DNA of 64,000 bases from Octopus sinensis (GCF_006345805.1 NC_043008.1:3658001-3722000), one strand, 5' to 3'; shown: positions 27,161 to 38,933, numbered from the stretch's first letter. The notes: generated from the sequence alone by a model not told the origin. Numbers and translations: made by a program.

Positions 27161-28298
27161 AACAACACTAACTTTAAGAGTTTAATATAAGCCTTAATCA
27201 ACTTATCTTCTCTCATTATCTCTCTGCTACAGTCTATTAGACCTGAAAAGCCAAAGGACGCTGCTCTTTCTTGTTTCACTAATACGGATATCATCATTTA
27301 ATGCTATTATTTATAATCTCTATATCGACACATCCACACACGCGCACACAAGCACGCACCGACTCACACTCTCACACAACCTCAATCACACGCACATACA
27401 CATTCGTACTCATGTATATACACCTAGATAAACTTACATACACACCAACATCCATTCATATACACACGTTCATGTACACTCAGACATACACACATGCTTC
27501 TATATATGTGTGAAACAGATATTTACAGACAGCAATACGCGTATACACACATACATCTATATACAGAATAGGATAATACATAGACACGCGTGTTTGTGTC
27601 TGTATAGATGTGTATACGTGTCTATGTGAGTGTTGGGTGTATGTGCATATCTGTGTACGTGTGCATGTGTCAGTGTATGTGAGTATGAAAGTGTATATAT
27701 GCAAACGTGGGAGTGTGTATGTACATGTGTAGGTGTATACGTATCTGCATAAATGGCTATATGTATGTTTGCATATATGGGGGTATGCGTTAATGTGTAT
27801 GTATCTCTGTGCGTATGTGCATATGCGGATGTATGTGTGTGTAAATCTATATTTCCAGCACGGCGTCCTTCTGTCTCGGTCATATCCAAATATCAATTTC
27901 GTTTCACTAGGCACAAAGCCAAATTTGGCATGGGTGGTGCTGGTAGAATAGATAGGAGGGTGGTATTTTCTAGGTTCAAAATCGATTGAGTTACCCTCTG
28001 TCATACGGAAATATAACTGGTATTTCTGATCAAATTCGTTGGCCGAAGCGAAAAATTTAAAAGGGTCCAAGCTATGGAAAAGGTTGGTATTTAGTAAAAC
28101 ATACTCGCAGACTCCTTAAATCTTCTCAGGCATAATCAGTTAACATAATATATTAATATGTAACGGAGAAAGGCATAGGCGTGGCTGTTTACTTCTCAAT
28201 CACATGGTCTCGGGTTCAATCTCATTTTCGGCAAGGGTTTTCAACAGTATTCGGATCGAGCCGAGTCGCACCTTCCGACAATGTTTGTATGTGTGTGT

Positions 28299-28451
28299 GG
28301 ATGTGGCTGTGTGGTAAGAAGCTTGCGTCCCAACCACATGGTTGTGGGTTCAGTCGTTCTGCGTGACACCTTGAGTATCTTCTAGTATAGCCTCGGGCCA
28401 ACCAAAGCTTTGTGAGTGGCATTGGTAGACGGAAACTGAAAGAAGCCTGTC

Positions 28452-28486
<35 letters not shown>

Positions 28487-28491
28487 TATAG

Positions 28492-28524
<33 letters not shown>

Positions 28525-29043
28525 TGTATATAATAGTGTAATACATAAAATATATGCATACATACAAACATATATGTACGTACCTACATCTACATGTATA
28601 TATACATGCATATACAAATATATATACGTGTGTACAGGACACCACAAATAGACGTAGAACTCAACGAGAAACGAACACGCAAAAACAGCATGGAACGGAC
28701 CACCCTTCCAACAACGAAAAAACAGAGTACAAGACAACCACACAAGGAAAAATGCACCCCATCAGCTGTCCCCAGCTCAACTCCAGCGTGCCTCGAAGGT
28801 GAGGACAGAACACGCCCCGTCGAATCAGTCCCTCATATACATATACACATATATATATGCATGTCTGTGTTATTTGTTTCTGCATTTGTCCCCCTACCTT
28901 CACTTGATAACCGATGTTGGTGTGTTTACGTCCCCGTAATTTAGCGATTCGTCAAAAGAGACCGATAGAATAAGTACTAGGCTTACAAAGAATAAGTCCT
29001 GGGTTCGATTTGTTCGACTAAAGGTACTGCTCCAGCATTGCCG
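28299..29043 (+). mobile_element. SINE family C with expanded internal microsatellite and a ~200-bp nested insert (28630-28833)
   Basis: Head GTGGCTGTGTGGTAAGAAGCTTGC.TCCCAACCACATGG...; 3' part TTGATAACCGATGTTGGTGTGTTTACGTCCCCGTAA...GGTACTGCTCCAGCAT. Confidence 0.8.
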
Positions 29044-29230
29044 CGTATCCGTATTTCGTGTGCCGCTACGTTCTGAGTTCAAATTCCGCCGAGGTCGACT
29101 TTGCCTTTCATCCTTTCGAGGTCGATAAATAAAGTACCCGTTACACACTGGGTCGATGTAATCGACTTAATCCCTTTGTCTGTCCTTGTTTGTCCCTTCT
29201 ATGTTTAGCCCCTTGTGGATAATAAAGAAA
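29044..29230 (+). mobile_element. 5'-truncated SINE family B (tail type 1) fused to the preceding SINE C
   Basis: CCGTATTTCG...GAGGTCGACTTTGCCTTTCATCCTTTCGAGGTCGATAAAT...TTTAGCCCCTTGTGGATAATAAAG. Confidence 0.85.
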
Positions 29231-29311
29231 AAAAAAGAATAAATAAACAATAGAATATAGATAGATAGATATAGATATGTATGAATGTATGTATATATAT
29301 GCATGTTATAT

Positions 29312-29396
<85 letters not shown>

Positions 29397-30747
29397 TTGT
29401 GTGTGTGAATGACCGTTTGTAGACTACGTTTATATTTGATGCGTTTTCAGAAGTGCATTTTTCATTCCGTATGTCTATATCCTTACCAACGATGTTAGAA
29501 ATAAAAATCACTAAAATAAGTATCGGAAGTTAAAAGAAACATACTGTTGCCGACATGGAGGACTGCAAAAGGAATGTATAAGAAGCATCACAGTTTGATA
29601 TTAAGTTCGTGCATCATCGCGGTATCAGCCAGACAATGCACGTTGAAATTCCCGTCACAAACAAATACACACAAGAGTGGAATCCAACATGCAAACTAAA
29701 CAAACACATATCTAAGCTACAGCGAATTTGTCATTTCCAGTGGTGAGTTGTTCGACCTTATCGTACCTGGTTAATCACGGAGTCGACAGTCAAAATCTGA
29801 AAGTTTTGACCATGAACGTAACACTGTTTGCAAGTGACGTGATATGAAGCACTGACTTATTTAGATGTACATCTGACAATAAATGACATTTGATTGTCTG
29901 GCAGCTAATCTGTCAGACAATCATTTCCTGATTGCTGAAAGAAACCGGACGTCACTGTGAGAAAATTTCAAGTCCTGCTTTGTAACAAATGAACAGCAGA
30001 CAGAACAATATTCCCATGATTGTCACCAATAATAAAACTGCACTAATGGGCAACCGCCACGATAGCCATTTTCGACGGAAGATAATACTGAGAAGCTCTT
30101 TAAAACGTCCAGGGAAATAGAAGAAAACACGAAAGATATTTAATACAAATTTTAAGCCTAAAGCATTGTCTCGTATTCAATAAACATACACGCGTATACA
30201 TGCACACATGTATATGATATATATACATACATACGAATCTATGTATGTGTAAATACATAAATGCATACACATACACACACGCACACACACACATATGTGT
30301 GTATTAATACAATAGAACATTCCTTCCTCTCCACCTGCCTATTAACCTACCTTTTGTGCCATGCTCAAAACTATGAAACGAAACGAAAAATCTAATCTAT
30401 TAAAGATTCGACATTTATTTATATTATTCGTATGACCGTTAAATACATATTTCAAATTGAGTATGGATTATGCATATTCTTTTATCCAATTAATCTTTTA
30501 TCAGTTATTGAATTGCGGTCAAGCTGGAGGAAGCGTTCTGAAGAATTATCTTGTTACAAAAGATTCACTCGCCCGCGCACACATATGAGCAGAAGAGACA
30601 CATTTGTTCCTATATTCACACATACATACATACGTACATACATATATATATGTATATATATATATATATATATGTGGTGTGTGTGTGTGGTATATATATA
30701 TGTATATATATGTAACTATATATTATATATATATATATATATAGTAT

Positions 30748-30801
<54 letters not shown>

Positions 30802-31652
30802 AATGTAATATATCAAAATTTACTCTGGAAGTATTGAGTACTTTAATTCGTTTTGTAATACCACTTCTTCAAAACTACCAAGCATAATCTTACACTTTTC
30901 CTATATATATGTACACACACGCGCGCTCGCACACACACGCACACACACACACACACACCCACATATTCTTTTATTCTCTTATTCGTTTCAGCCATGTCAC
31001 TGCGGTCATGCTGGAGCACTGCCCTGATTTTGTATTTTTCCATATCATTCTTCTTTAGCTCTTGCAGCACCTACTCCTGACTTTAGATGATATAATATGA
31101 ATCACTATGAATCACTCTGTCTACAGTAAATAGTTGACACTATTTCAAAACTTCAGAGCCACGACATTTGACTGTAGTGTACAAACAAGTTGCAGAAAGC
31201 ATACAAAGCAAATATATGAGAAATTCTTATTGGCGCGAGTACATAACCTGATTCCCTCAGCCAGCCTCCTCCGACCTACGCACTCGGCTACAGTCAAGCA
31301 AATAGGTGACAAATCTCGAACAATCCCTCGCAGGTACAACGGCCTTTCTTGTTGGCCGCCAGCCGATCAGCACTCGGAACGAACGGGAACGAAATGAACG
31401 TAATATGTTTTAGACATCTACTCTCTCTCTCTCTCTTTCTCTTTCTCTTTTTGTGTGTATGTAGAAACACACACACACATATATATATAGAGAGAGAGAG
31501 AAAGAGTGAAAGAGAGAGCAGGAGAGAGAGAGAGAGTGAGAAATGTATGTATGTATGTATATAGATAGATGACGCAAGAACAGCAGTTACACAATTACAT
31601 TAAATGGCTTCCAGCTCTTTCCGCTACAAAGATATGAGCAGCATTGTGACAC

Positions 31653-31692
<40 letters not shown>

Positions 31693-31751
31693 TATTATTC
31701 TTTTGCTTCTTTCAGTCATTTGAATGCGGCCATGAGAAAATGAGGGTGTCG

Positions 31752-31783
<32 letters not shown>

Positions 31784-31794
31784 TTTTTTACTTT

Positions 31795-31986
31795 TTTTTT
31801 GTACTTGTTTCAGTCATGGACTGTGGCCATGCGGAGAGCACCGCCATTAGTCGAACAAATCGACCCTAGGACTTATTCTTTGTAAGCCTAGTACTTATTT
31901 TATCGGTCTATTTTGCCAAACTGCGGACGCAAACACATCAACATCGGTTGTCAAGCTATGTTGGCGTGACAAACACAGACACAGGA

Positions 31987-32064
<78 letters not shown>

Positions 32065-32223
32065 GACTGGCTTTCAGTCTTCGTCTGCCAAATCCACTCA
32101 AAGTCTTTGTCCGTCCGAGGCTAGAGTAGAAGACACTTGCCCAAGGTGCCACGCAGTGGGACTGAACACTGAACCATGTGGTTGGGAAGCAAGCTTCTTA
32201 CCACACAGCCACTCCAGCGCCTG
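31795..32223 (-). mobile_element. SINE family C, near full length
   Basis: Reverse complement starts AGGCGCTGGAGTGGCTGTGTGGTAAGAAGCTTGC, includes GGCACCTTGGGCAAGTGTCTT (CORE-like) and an internal (TA)n, and ends ATGACTGAAACAAGTAC. Confidence 0.85.
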
Positions 32224-32791
32224 TATATATATATATATTATATATATCTAGATATATATATATAATATATTAATATACATATATATATATATATGTAATA
32301 TATATATACTCCACACGCATACAACAAAGCACATGCACACACACACACATCTATAAATCTCTTCTACTACAACTGCAACCATTACCACGATAGTTACTGC
32401 TACTGCTGCTACTGCTACTGCTGCTGCTCCTACTGCTGCTGCTGCTGCTGCTGCATCTACACTAAAACTGTTATTAAATTACTTCCTGGTAGTTGAAAAG
32501 AACCGGACGTTACTCTAAGAGGATTTCAAATGTAACTTTGCTACAAATAAGATATTGACAGAACGTTATTCCCCTGATTGTCACCAATAACGAAAGAGCA
32601 TCCACTAACAACCGATACGATATTCATTTTTGGCGGAAGATAATATCGGGAATCTCTTCAAAACATTAACGGATATATAAGAAGGAAACACGAATGGTCT
32701 TTACAAATGTTAAAACTGAAGCATAAGTGCTGCTCCCGATAAATACGTGAGCAAATATTTATGCTTATTATGTATGTGTGCCGGCACATAT

Positions 32792-32833
<42 letters not shown>

Positions 32834-32956
32834 TGAGTGTGTGTATGTATTTAATATATCTATATATATATATATATATATAATATATATATATTATATA
32901 TATATATGTATGTATATGCATATGTGTGTGTGTATTTATATATACATACACACATA

Positions 32957-32996
<40 letters not shown>

Positions 32997-34253
32997 CACA
33001 TGTATATAGATATATGCACTTTTGTTAATGTCTTGACTACCAGAAGCTCGTGCCGGAGATAGAATTTTATAAATGTATGCCAGTGTACGTGTGCTTGGAT
33101 ATGTGCGGATGTATGTGCATATAAAATATATGTATATATATACGAATATACATATATGCATAAGCGCATTTATAAATATATCCTATAGGTATATGTATAC
33201 AATTTTATATGTATATATACATATATGTGTGTGTGTGTATGTATGTACATAAAGTATGTATATATTATATATGTCTTAGTTCCAATATGTATTTATAAAT
33301 AATGCAACAATAAAGAACCGTAGCAAAAGATAGGTTTGTTTTGCATTGTTTTGTCAGTTGAGTGCTGTGGTTAGGCTGTGTTCAGATAAAGCTTTGAGCT
33401 AAGAAGCAGAGTGTATGTTAATTCTGATGATATATACATTACGATATAATGATGCCTTTTATTGAGGTGTTTATATAAATGCAGAACGATGAAAGAATGA
33501 ATGACTATAAAATATTGGTTGGAAGGGAAGTGGAATTGTTAGCACACTGAATTTTAAAAAAAGCCAGATGTAAATGTAAATCCAGAGCGAAAAGAGGAAA
33601 TGCTACACCTACAAGCTACATTGCATATTGATGAACGTTACGTACGGAGAAGTGCAGAGGTGTATATCTGTATGTATTTTATACATCTATAAGCACACGC
33701 AAATACACACTGTCAGGCTGAAATACACAACGCGCGCGAGTGTATGTATATATGTTTATATATATATATATGTGTGTGTAGATATGTGTATGTATGTATA
33801 TAATATATATATATATATATATATACGTAAGTGTTTGATAAACAGCATCAATAAACCTTGGCACACATTTATTAGATACATATCTATATCTATATATCTA
33901 TCTATCTTTTTATCTGGGGTGCTATGGATAAATTTGCAAATATTTTTATTTTAGCGCATGCATATTGTTTTTGATTTTATCAACTACACAGTATAGTAGG
34001 GTTACTTGAGCACCGTCTGTGAGTAAAACAGCACCATAAAGCAATCCACACTCCCAGAAATTCGGAAACGATATGCTGTACTGCTTGGCATTTGCGGCGG
34101 AAGTGCCCTGGGTCAAAAAGGTGGCTGCTGGAAGACCATATGTCTCGTACCAGTACTCAGCACCATGCCTCACAAGCAGAAGAACCCAGTCATGGATGCA
34201 TTGTTTACATTATTTACAATTGACGGATATTTGTCCCCATTTAGTTTGTTGTT

Positions 34254-34299
34254 AACACAAGGTTTCGGCTGATATACCCTCAAGCTTTCATCAGGTGTC
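34254..34299 (-). ncRNA. Second, mutated copy of the same hammerhead motif
   Basis: GACAC-CUGAUGA-a-AGCUU(gaggguauau)CAGCC-GAAA-C-CUU-GUGUU. Two stem II substitutions and one stem III substitution. Confidence 0.55.
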
Positions 34300-34414
34300 T
34301 TGGGGAAATTTCGAACCAGGGTTCTCATTCCTAAGGTATTTTCTGATGTTGTTGTTGTTGCTGTTGTTGTTGTTGTTGTTGTTATTATTATTATTATCAT
34401 TGTTATTATTATTC

Positions 34415-34488
34415 AGGTCACTGCCTGGAATCGAACTCCGAATTTTGGGGTTAGTAGCTCGCGCTCTTAACCACTACGCCATTTGCCC
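34415..34488 (-). ncRNA. tRNA-derived Pol III head (not a functional tRNA)
   Basis: GGGCAAA-TGGCGTAGTGG (A box)-TTAAGAGCGCGAG-CTACTAA-CCCCAAAATTCGG-AGTTCGATTCC (B box)-AGGCAGTGACC. The acceptor stem does not pair well. Confidence 0.7.
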
Positions 34489-34490
34489 AA

Positions 34491-34536
34491 GACACCTGAT
34501 GAAGGCTGGAGGGTATATCAGCCGAAACGTTGTGTT
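34491..34536 (+). ncRNA. Minimal type I hammerhead ribozyme motif
   Basis: GACAC-CUGAUGA-a-GGCUG(gaggguauau)CAGCC-GAAA-C-GUU-GUGUU: 5-bp stem I, 5-bp stem II, palindromic AACGUU in place of stem III. Confidence 0.7.
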
Positions 34537-34916
34537 AACAACAAACAAGATGAGGACAAATATCCGTCAATTGTAAATAATGTAAATAATGTTCATAATT
34601 CTTCATCTCTTAAATATAGAACTGTACGAGTCATGGCTGTCAGACAATTTCTGCAACTACATCACCCCTAACATCTGGCCACCTAACTCCCCAAACTGCA
34701 ACTCCCTTGATTATTATATGTGGGGCACAGTTGAGCGAGAGATCAACAAAACTCCTTGTAACACCAAAGATGAACTGAAAATAAGGATTATGGCAGCATT
34801 CATCGACTTCAACAGGGAGACCGTCCAGACGAGTTGCAGGAGATTCCAACGCCGTCTGGCGGCCGTGATTGAAGCCAATGGCGATTTTATTGAATAAATT
34901 TACTCTTTTGTATTTA

Positions 34917-35300
34917 GTCTTTACTTGTTTCAGTCATTTGATTGTGGCCATGCTGGAACATCGCCTTTAGTCGAGCAAATCGGCCCCAGGACTTATTCTT
35001 TGTAAGCCTAGTACTTATTCTACCGGTCCCTTTTGCTACGTTACGGGGACGTAAACATACCAGCATCGGTTGTCAAGCGATGTTGGGGCTACAAACGCAG
35101 ACACACACACGTATACACATACATATATATGTATATATACATATATATTTCTTTCAGTTTCCGTATACCAAATCCACTCAAAAGGCTTTGGTCGGCCCGA
35201 GGCAATAGTAGAAGACACTTGCCCAAGGTGCCACGCAGTGGTATTGAACCCGGAACCATGTGGTTCGTAAGCAAGCTACTTACCACACGCCACTCCGCCT
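34917..35300 (-). mobile_element. SINE family C nested in the maT transposon
   Basis: Near full-length reverse complement (AGGCGGAGTGGCGTGTGGTAAGTAGCTTGC...ATGACTGAAACAAGTAAAG). Confidence 0.85.
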
Positions 35301-35594
35301 AATTTCAAGATATTTTATGTAATTTTGGTAGATATGTCTGTTAAAATGAGATGCCAGTGCTGTTTCGATTTCTGAATAATTTAGACGACAATATATCCAC
35401 CGCACTCTGTGTGTGTGTGTGTGTGTGTTTATTAGTTGGAATTTGAATACTATTTCTATCGTTCCTTGAATTATGTAATTGTAGAAACGGGAGAGACGAA
35501 CCTAACATTCGAATAAATATTGATTGGTATTTCGTCTGATATGTAATTCAAAACTTTCTGTAACACACAAACACACACACACACACACACAGAG

Positions 35595-35625
<31 letters not shown>

Positions 35626-35688
35626 ACAGACATGCATTCATACATACATACATACATACACCTAATAACGCCCTGGCTCAATAGTATA

Positions 35689-35921
35689 GATGGTGAGCTG
35701 GCGGAAACGTTAGCACGCCGGGCGAAATGCGTAGCCGTATTTCGTCTGCCGCTAAGTTCTGAGTTCAAATTCCGCCGAGGTCGACTTTGCCTTTCATCCT
35801 TTCGGGGTCGATTAAGTAAGTACCAGTTACGCACTGGGGTCGATATAATCGACTTAATCCGTTTGTATGTCCTTGTTTGTCCCCTCTATGTTTAGCCCCT
35901 TGTGGGTAGTAAAGAAATAGG
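35689..35921 (+). mobile_element. SINE family B (tail type 1)
   Basis: Well-preserved head, core and TTTAGCCCCTTGTGGGTAGTAAAGAAATAGG tail. Confidence 0.9.
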
Positions 35922-36176
35922 TGTATACGGATTTCTGTCTTTTTCTTGCGTCATTAGGAGTGAATAGGCACGTACGCTGTTACCTAAACATGTTACTATA
36001 TAATATACACTGTTACCTATAAATGTAAAACTGGGGAATTGTCATTTATCCAACATATTGCCTAACATACTGTTGTGTACACTCAGCAAGGTTGACCTTT
36101 TAAATCAGATTCATTCTTTACGGAGAATTTGATTATTGTGTCAGTGTCTAAGCAGTCGTGCGTATATGTTTTGCTT

Positions 36177-36625
36177 ATGTTTTACTTGTTTCAGTTATTC
36201 GACTGTGGCCATGCTGAGGCATCGCCTTGAAGAATGTTTAGCTGAATTAATCAACCCCAGGTCATCTTTTAAGCCTAGTATTTATTCTACCGGTCTCTTT
36301 TGCCGAACCACTATGTTACGTAGTAATAAAAACACCAACACCGGCTGTCTAACGTTGGTAGGAGACAAACCCAGGCAAAGGTAAACACATATACGCACAC
36401 ACAAACATACACGCATACACACACGCATACACGCACGCACGCACACTTACACACACATATATATATATACGACGGGTTTCTTTCAGTTTCTGTCTACCAG
36501 TTCCACTCAGAAGGCTTTGGTCGCTTCGAGGCTATAGTAGAAGACACTTTTCTAAGGTGTTATACAGTGGGACTGAACCCAGAACCAGTGGCTGTAACGC
36601 AAACTGCTTATCACACAGCCACACA
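36177..36625 (-). mobile_element. SINE family C, older copy
   Basis: Reverse-complement match to head (GTGGCTGTGTGATAAGCAGTTTGC) and tail (ACTGAAACAAGTAAAA), with an internal (CA)-rich tract. Confidence 0.75.
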
Positions 36626-36693
36626 TACGTCTATATACATACATGCATATATAATCTGAAATGCACAGTGTTATATGTCCATCACGGCTGATC

Positions 36694-36775
36694 CTACCTA
36701 TCGGTTTCTCGTAAAGAATATAATGGAGTGTTAGGTAACAATCCGATTATATAACGTTACGTTCATCAGAGGTAG
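36694..36775 (-). ncRNA. Hammerhead-like motif with long loop 2
   Basis: CUACCU-CUGAUGA-a-CGUAA-(~42 nt)-UUACG-a-GAAA-ccgau-AGGUAG: 6-bp stem I and 5-bp stem II. The cleavage triplet is damaged. Confidence 0.45.
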
Positions 36776-38254
36776 CCGAGGGACCATGGCGACTGCTCAC
36801 TATTGTCGGAGGTGGATTAACACATCAGGTTTGCGGCTGATGTGAAAAAGGGCCAGGGGATTAGATTAGGAGTTATATGCCTTGGTTGGGTACATTGTAA
36901 GGCCGGTAAAAGTTATCTTGAAGTATTTGTGGGGAAGTGTGCGTTATTAAGTGTGGTTCTCCTGTGGGGGGTTGGGTTGTGTGATATGTGTAGTGGTGTC
37001 ATATGCATAATTGTTTCCAGGAGTATAGGTATGTGTAGTTGGTTCGTTGGTTTGTTTTCTTTCTGTATTGGTTTATGCCAACTTGCGGTGTGTAATGTGT
37101 GTGTGTGGGGGAGGTCGTCTATATATGTGTGGGGTACAATGTGTGTGAAGCGGTAAACGTTGGGGGTCCGCCTTGTAGGGGCGTTTGTGTGTGCATAGGC
37201 GCATTGGCATGTGTTCTGGTCGAACTCTTTCGTACATATCCATGCATATACGCGCGCGCGCACCAACACACATATTACGCTTGTGTATAAACTGTGGCTC
37301 TGTTGGAATTGGTGGTATAAGTGGTAGTGGTGCCACTATTGAGGTAGGAGTGTTTCTAGTGGTGATCGTAGTAGCGGCGGTGGGGTTAAGTGTCAGCTGT
37401 GGTGGTTATGTTTTTGTGTCAGCGCTGACAGTCGTGTTCTTGTATTAATGCTAGCGATGGTAGAATGTTAGAGGAACTGTAAGTACCGTTGAAGACTGTT
37501 GCTTATTGTTGCTAGTTTTGGTGCTGCTTGTACTGGCGGGGTGGGTGGGGGGATGGGCTTGCGGTAGTGGTGGTGGTGGTGGTGAGATTTTCTTTAATTC
37601 TTATTTGGAATCTGAATGTCATTTAACGTGCCAAAGAACAACCAGGATTATCAAGAACACGCACGTATAGCGTGCCAAACGTACTGCTTCTTTTATTAGC
37701 TTTGTTGCGTGTTGGTGCATCGCCACTGTGTCGAATACATACTTAGATGCAGGTGTGTATGTGCTGGTGTCTGTATGTGATCGAATGAATGTTTAGAGGA
37801 CTGTGGAGGAAATAAGATATAAAGAGAAAGCAAAAAAAATGTTAATTAATAAATATAAATGGTTAATCTGAACATTGGATACACTTTTGTACGTATATTA
37901 TCTATCTGTCTGTCTATCTGTCTATCTATCTATCTATCACTATGTGTGATGGGTATACATGTATGTATATATATATGTGTGTGTGTGTGTGTGTCTGTGT
38001 GTGCGTGCGCGCGGGTGTGTGTATGTAGACATGTAGATGTAGATATATATATAAATACAAGCATACGTATATATATATGTATCTATGTATATAGAAGCGT
38101 ATGCCTATGTGTATATATGTATATACATATATAGACGTCGATGCACACTCACACGCATACATATATACGCATAACGGAAAAGTAACAAACAGCCCGACAG
38201 ATAGGAAGATCGATAGCCAGAAAGAAACATGCATAAATATACACACACATGCAT

Positions 38255-38725
38255 TTGCGTGTGTGTGTGCGTGTGTGGTGTGTGTGTGTGTGTGTGCGTG
38301 TTGTGTGCGTGTGTGTGGTGTGCGTGTGTGTGTGTGTGTGTGTGTGCGTTGGTGTGTGTGTGTGTGTGGGTGTTGCGTGTGTGGTGTGTGTGCATGTGTG
38401 CGTGTGTGTGTGTGTGCGTGTGTGTGTGTGTGTGTGTGCGTGCGTGTGTGAGTGTGTGTGTGTGTGTGTGTGTGCGTGTGTGTGTGGGCGTGTGTGTGTG
38501 TGTGCGTGTTGTGTGTGTGTTGCGTGCGTGTGTGAGTGTGTGTGTTGGTTGTGTGTTGTGCGTGTGTGTGTGTGCGTGTGTGTGTGTGTGTGGTGTGTGT
38601 GTGTGTGGTGTGGTGTGTTGTGTGTGCGTGTGTGTGCGTGTGTGTGTGTGTGGTGCGTGTGTGTGTGGGCGTGGGTGTGTGTGCGTGCGGTGTGTTGGTG
38701 TGTGTGTGTGTGTGCGTGTGTGTGA
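38255..38725. repeat. Long interrupted (TG)n tract
   Basis: About 470 bp of TG/TGCG repeats. Confidence 0.95.
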
Positions 38726-38933
38726 GTGATCAGGAGTGGTGTGTCGGTTCATACTCTCACTCTGTTTGTTTTCATTTAATTAACTTTTACATTCACGCAT
38801 GCCTCTTACTTCTCCAGTAAATGTCGTTATAGGGAAAAAAATCGTGTTGACATTCTAATCTCGATCTATTTACGTAAAGATATTTTAATCATTATTTCCA
38901 AATTTACCTACATGTCTACTCTCTCTCACTCTC

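Larger units (their letters stand above)
34196..34628 (-). mobile_element. tRNA-headed, hammerhead-tailed short retroelement with inverted tail copy (Penelope pLTR-like)
   Basis: 8-bp TSD AGTCATGG (34188-34195 / 34629-34636). Inverted arms 34196-34304 / 34486-34594. tRNA-like head at 34488-34415 and an (AAT)n(AAC)n linker. Confidence 0.8.
34105..34897 (+). pseudogene. DD37D (maT) transposase C-terminal relic, split by an insertion
   Basis: Removing 34196-34636 joins PWVKKVAAGRPYVSYQ(Y<D)SAPCLTSRRTQSW to LSDNFCNYITPNIWPPNSPNCNSLDYYMWG...IEANGDFIE*. There are 37 residues between the mutated second D and the third D. Confidence 0.85.
33914..35410 (+). mobile_element. Internally deleted Tc1/mariner (DD37D, maT-type) transposon carrying two nested insertions
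   Basis: Degenerate TIRs TGGGGTGCTATGGATAAATT (~33916) versus the reverse complement of AATATATCCACCGCACTCTG (~35390-35409), 14/20 identity. The transposase C-terminus lies inside. Confidence 0.6.

Noticed and set aside
28630-28833. CTGATGG in the nested insert as a hammerhead
   Set aside because: No appropriately placed GAAA or stems in this copy.
34415-34488. Functional tRNA with ACT anticodon
   Set aside because: Acceptor and anticodon stems are mismatched, and it sits inside a TSD-bounded insertion, so it is treated as a SINE-type head.
34589-34897. 102-aa ORF as an intact gene
   Set aside because: The first ~14 codons come from the inserted element; the rest is a truncated transposase with a mutated catalytic Asp upstream.
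38255-38725. Irregular pattern in the long (TG)n tract as coded information
   Set aside because: Single-base indels are typical of slippage or long-read consensus error; no consistent higher-order unit.
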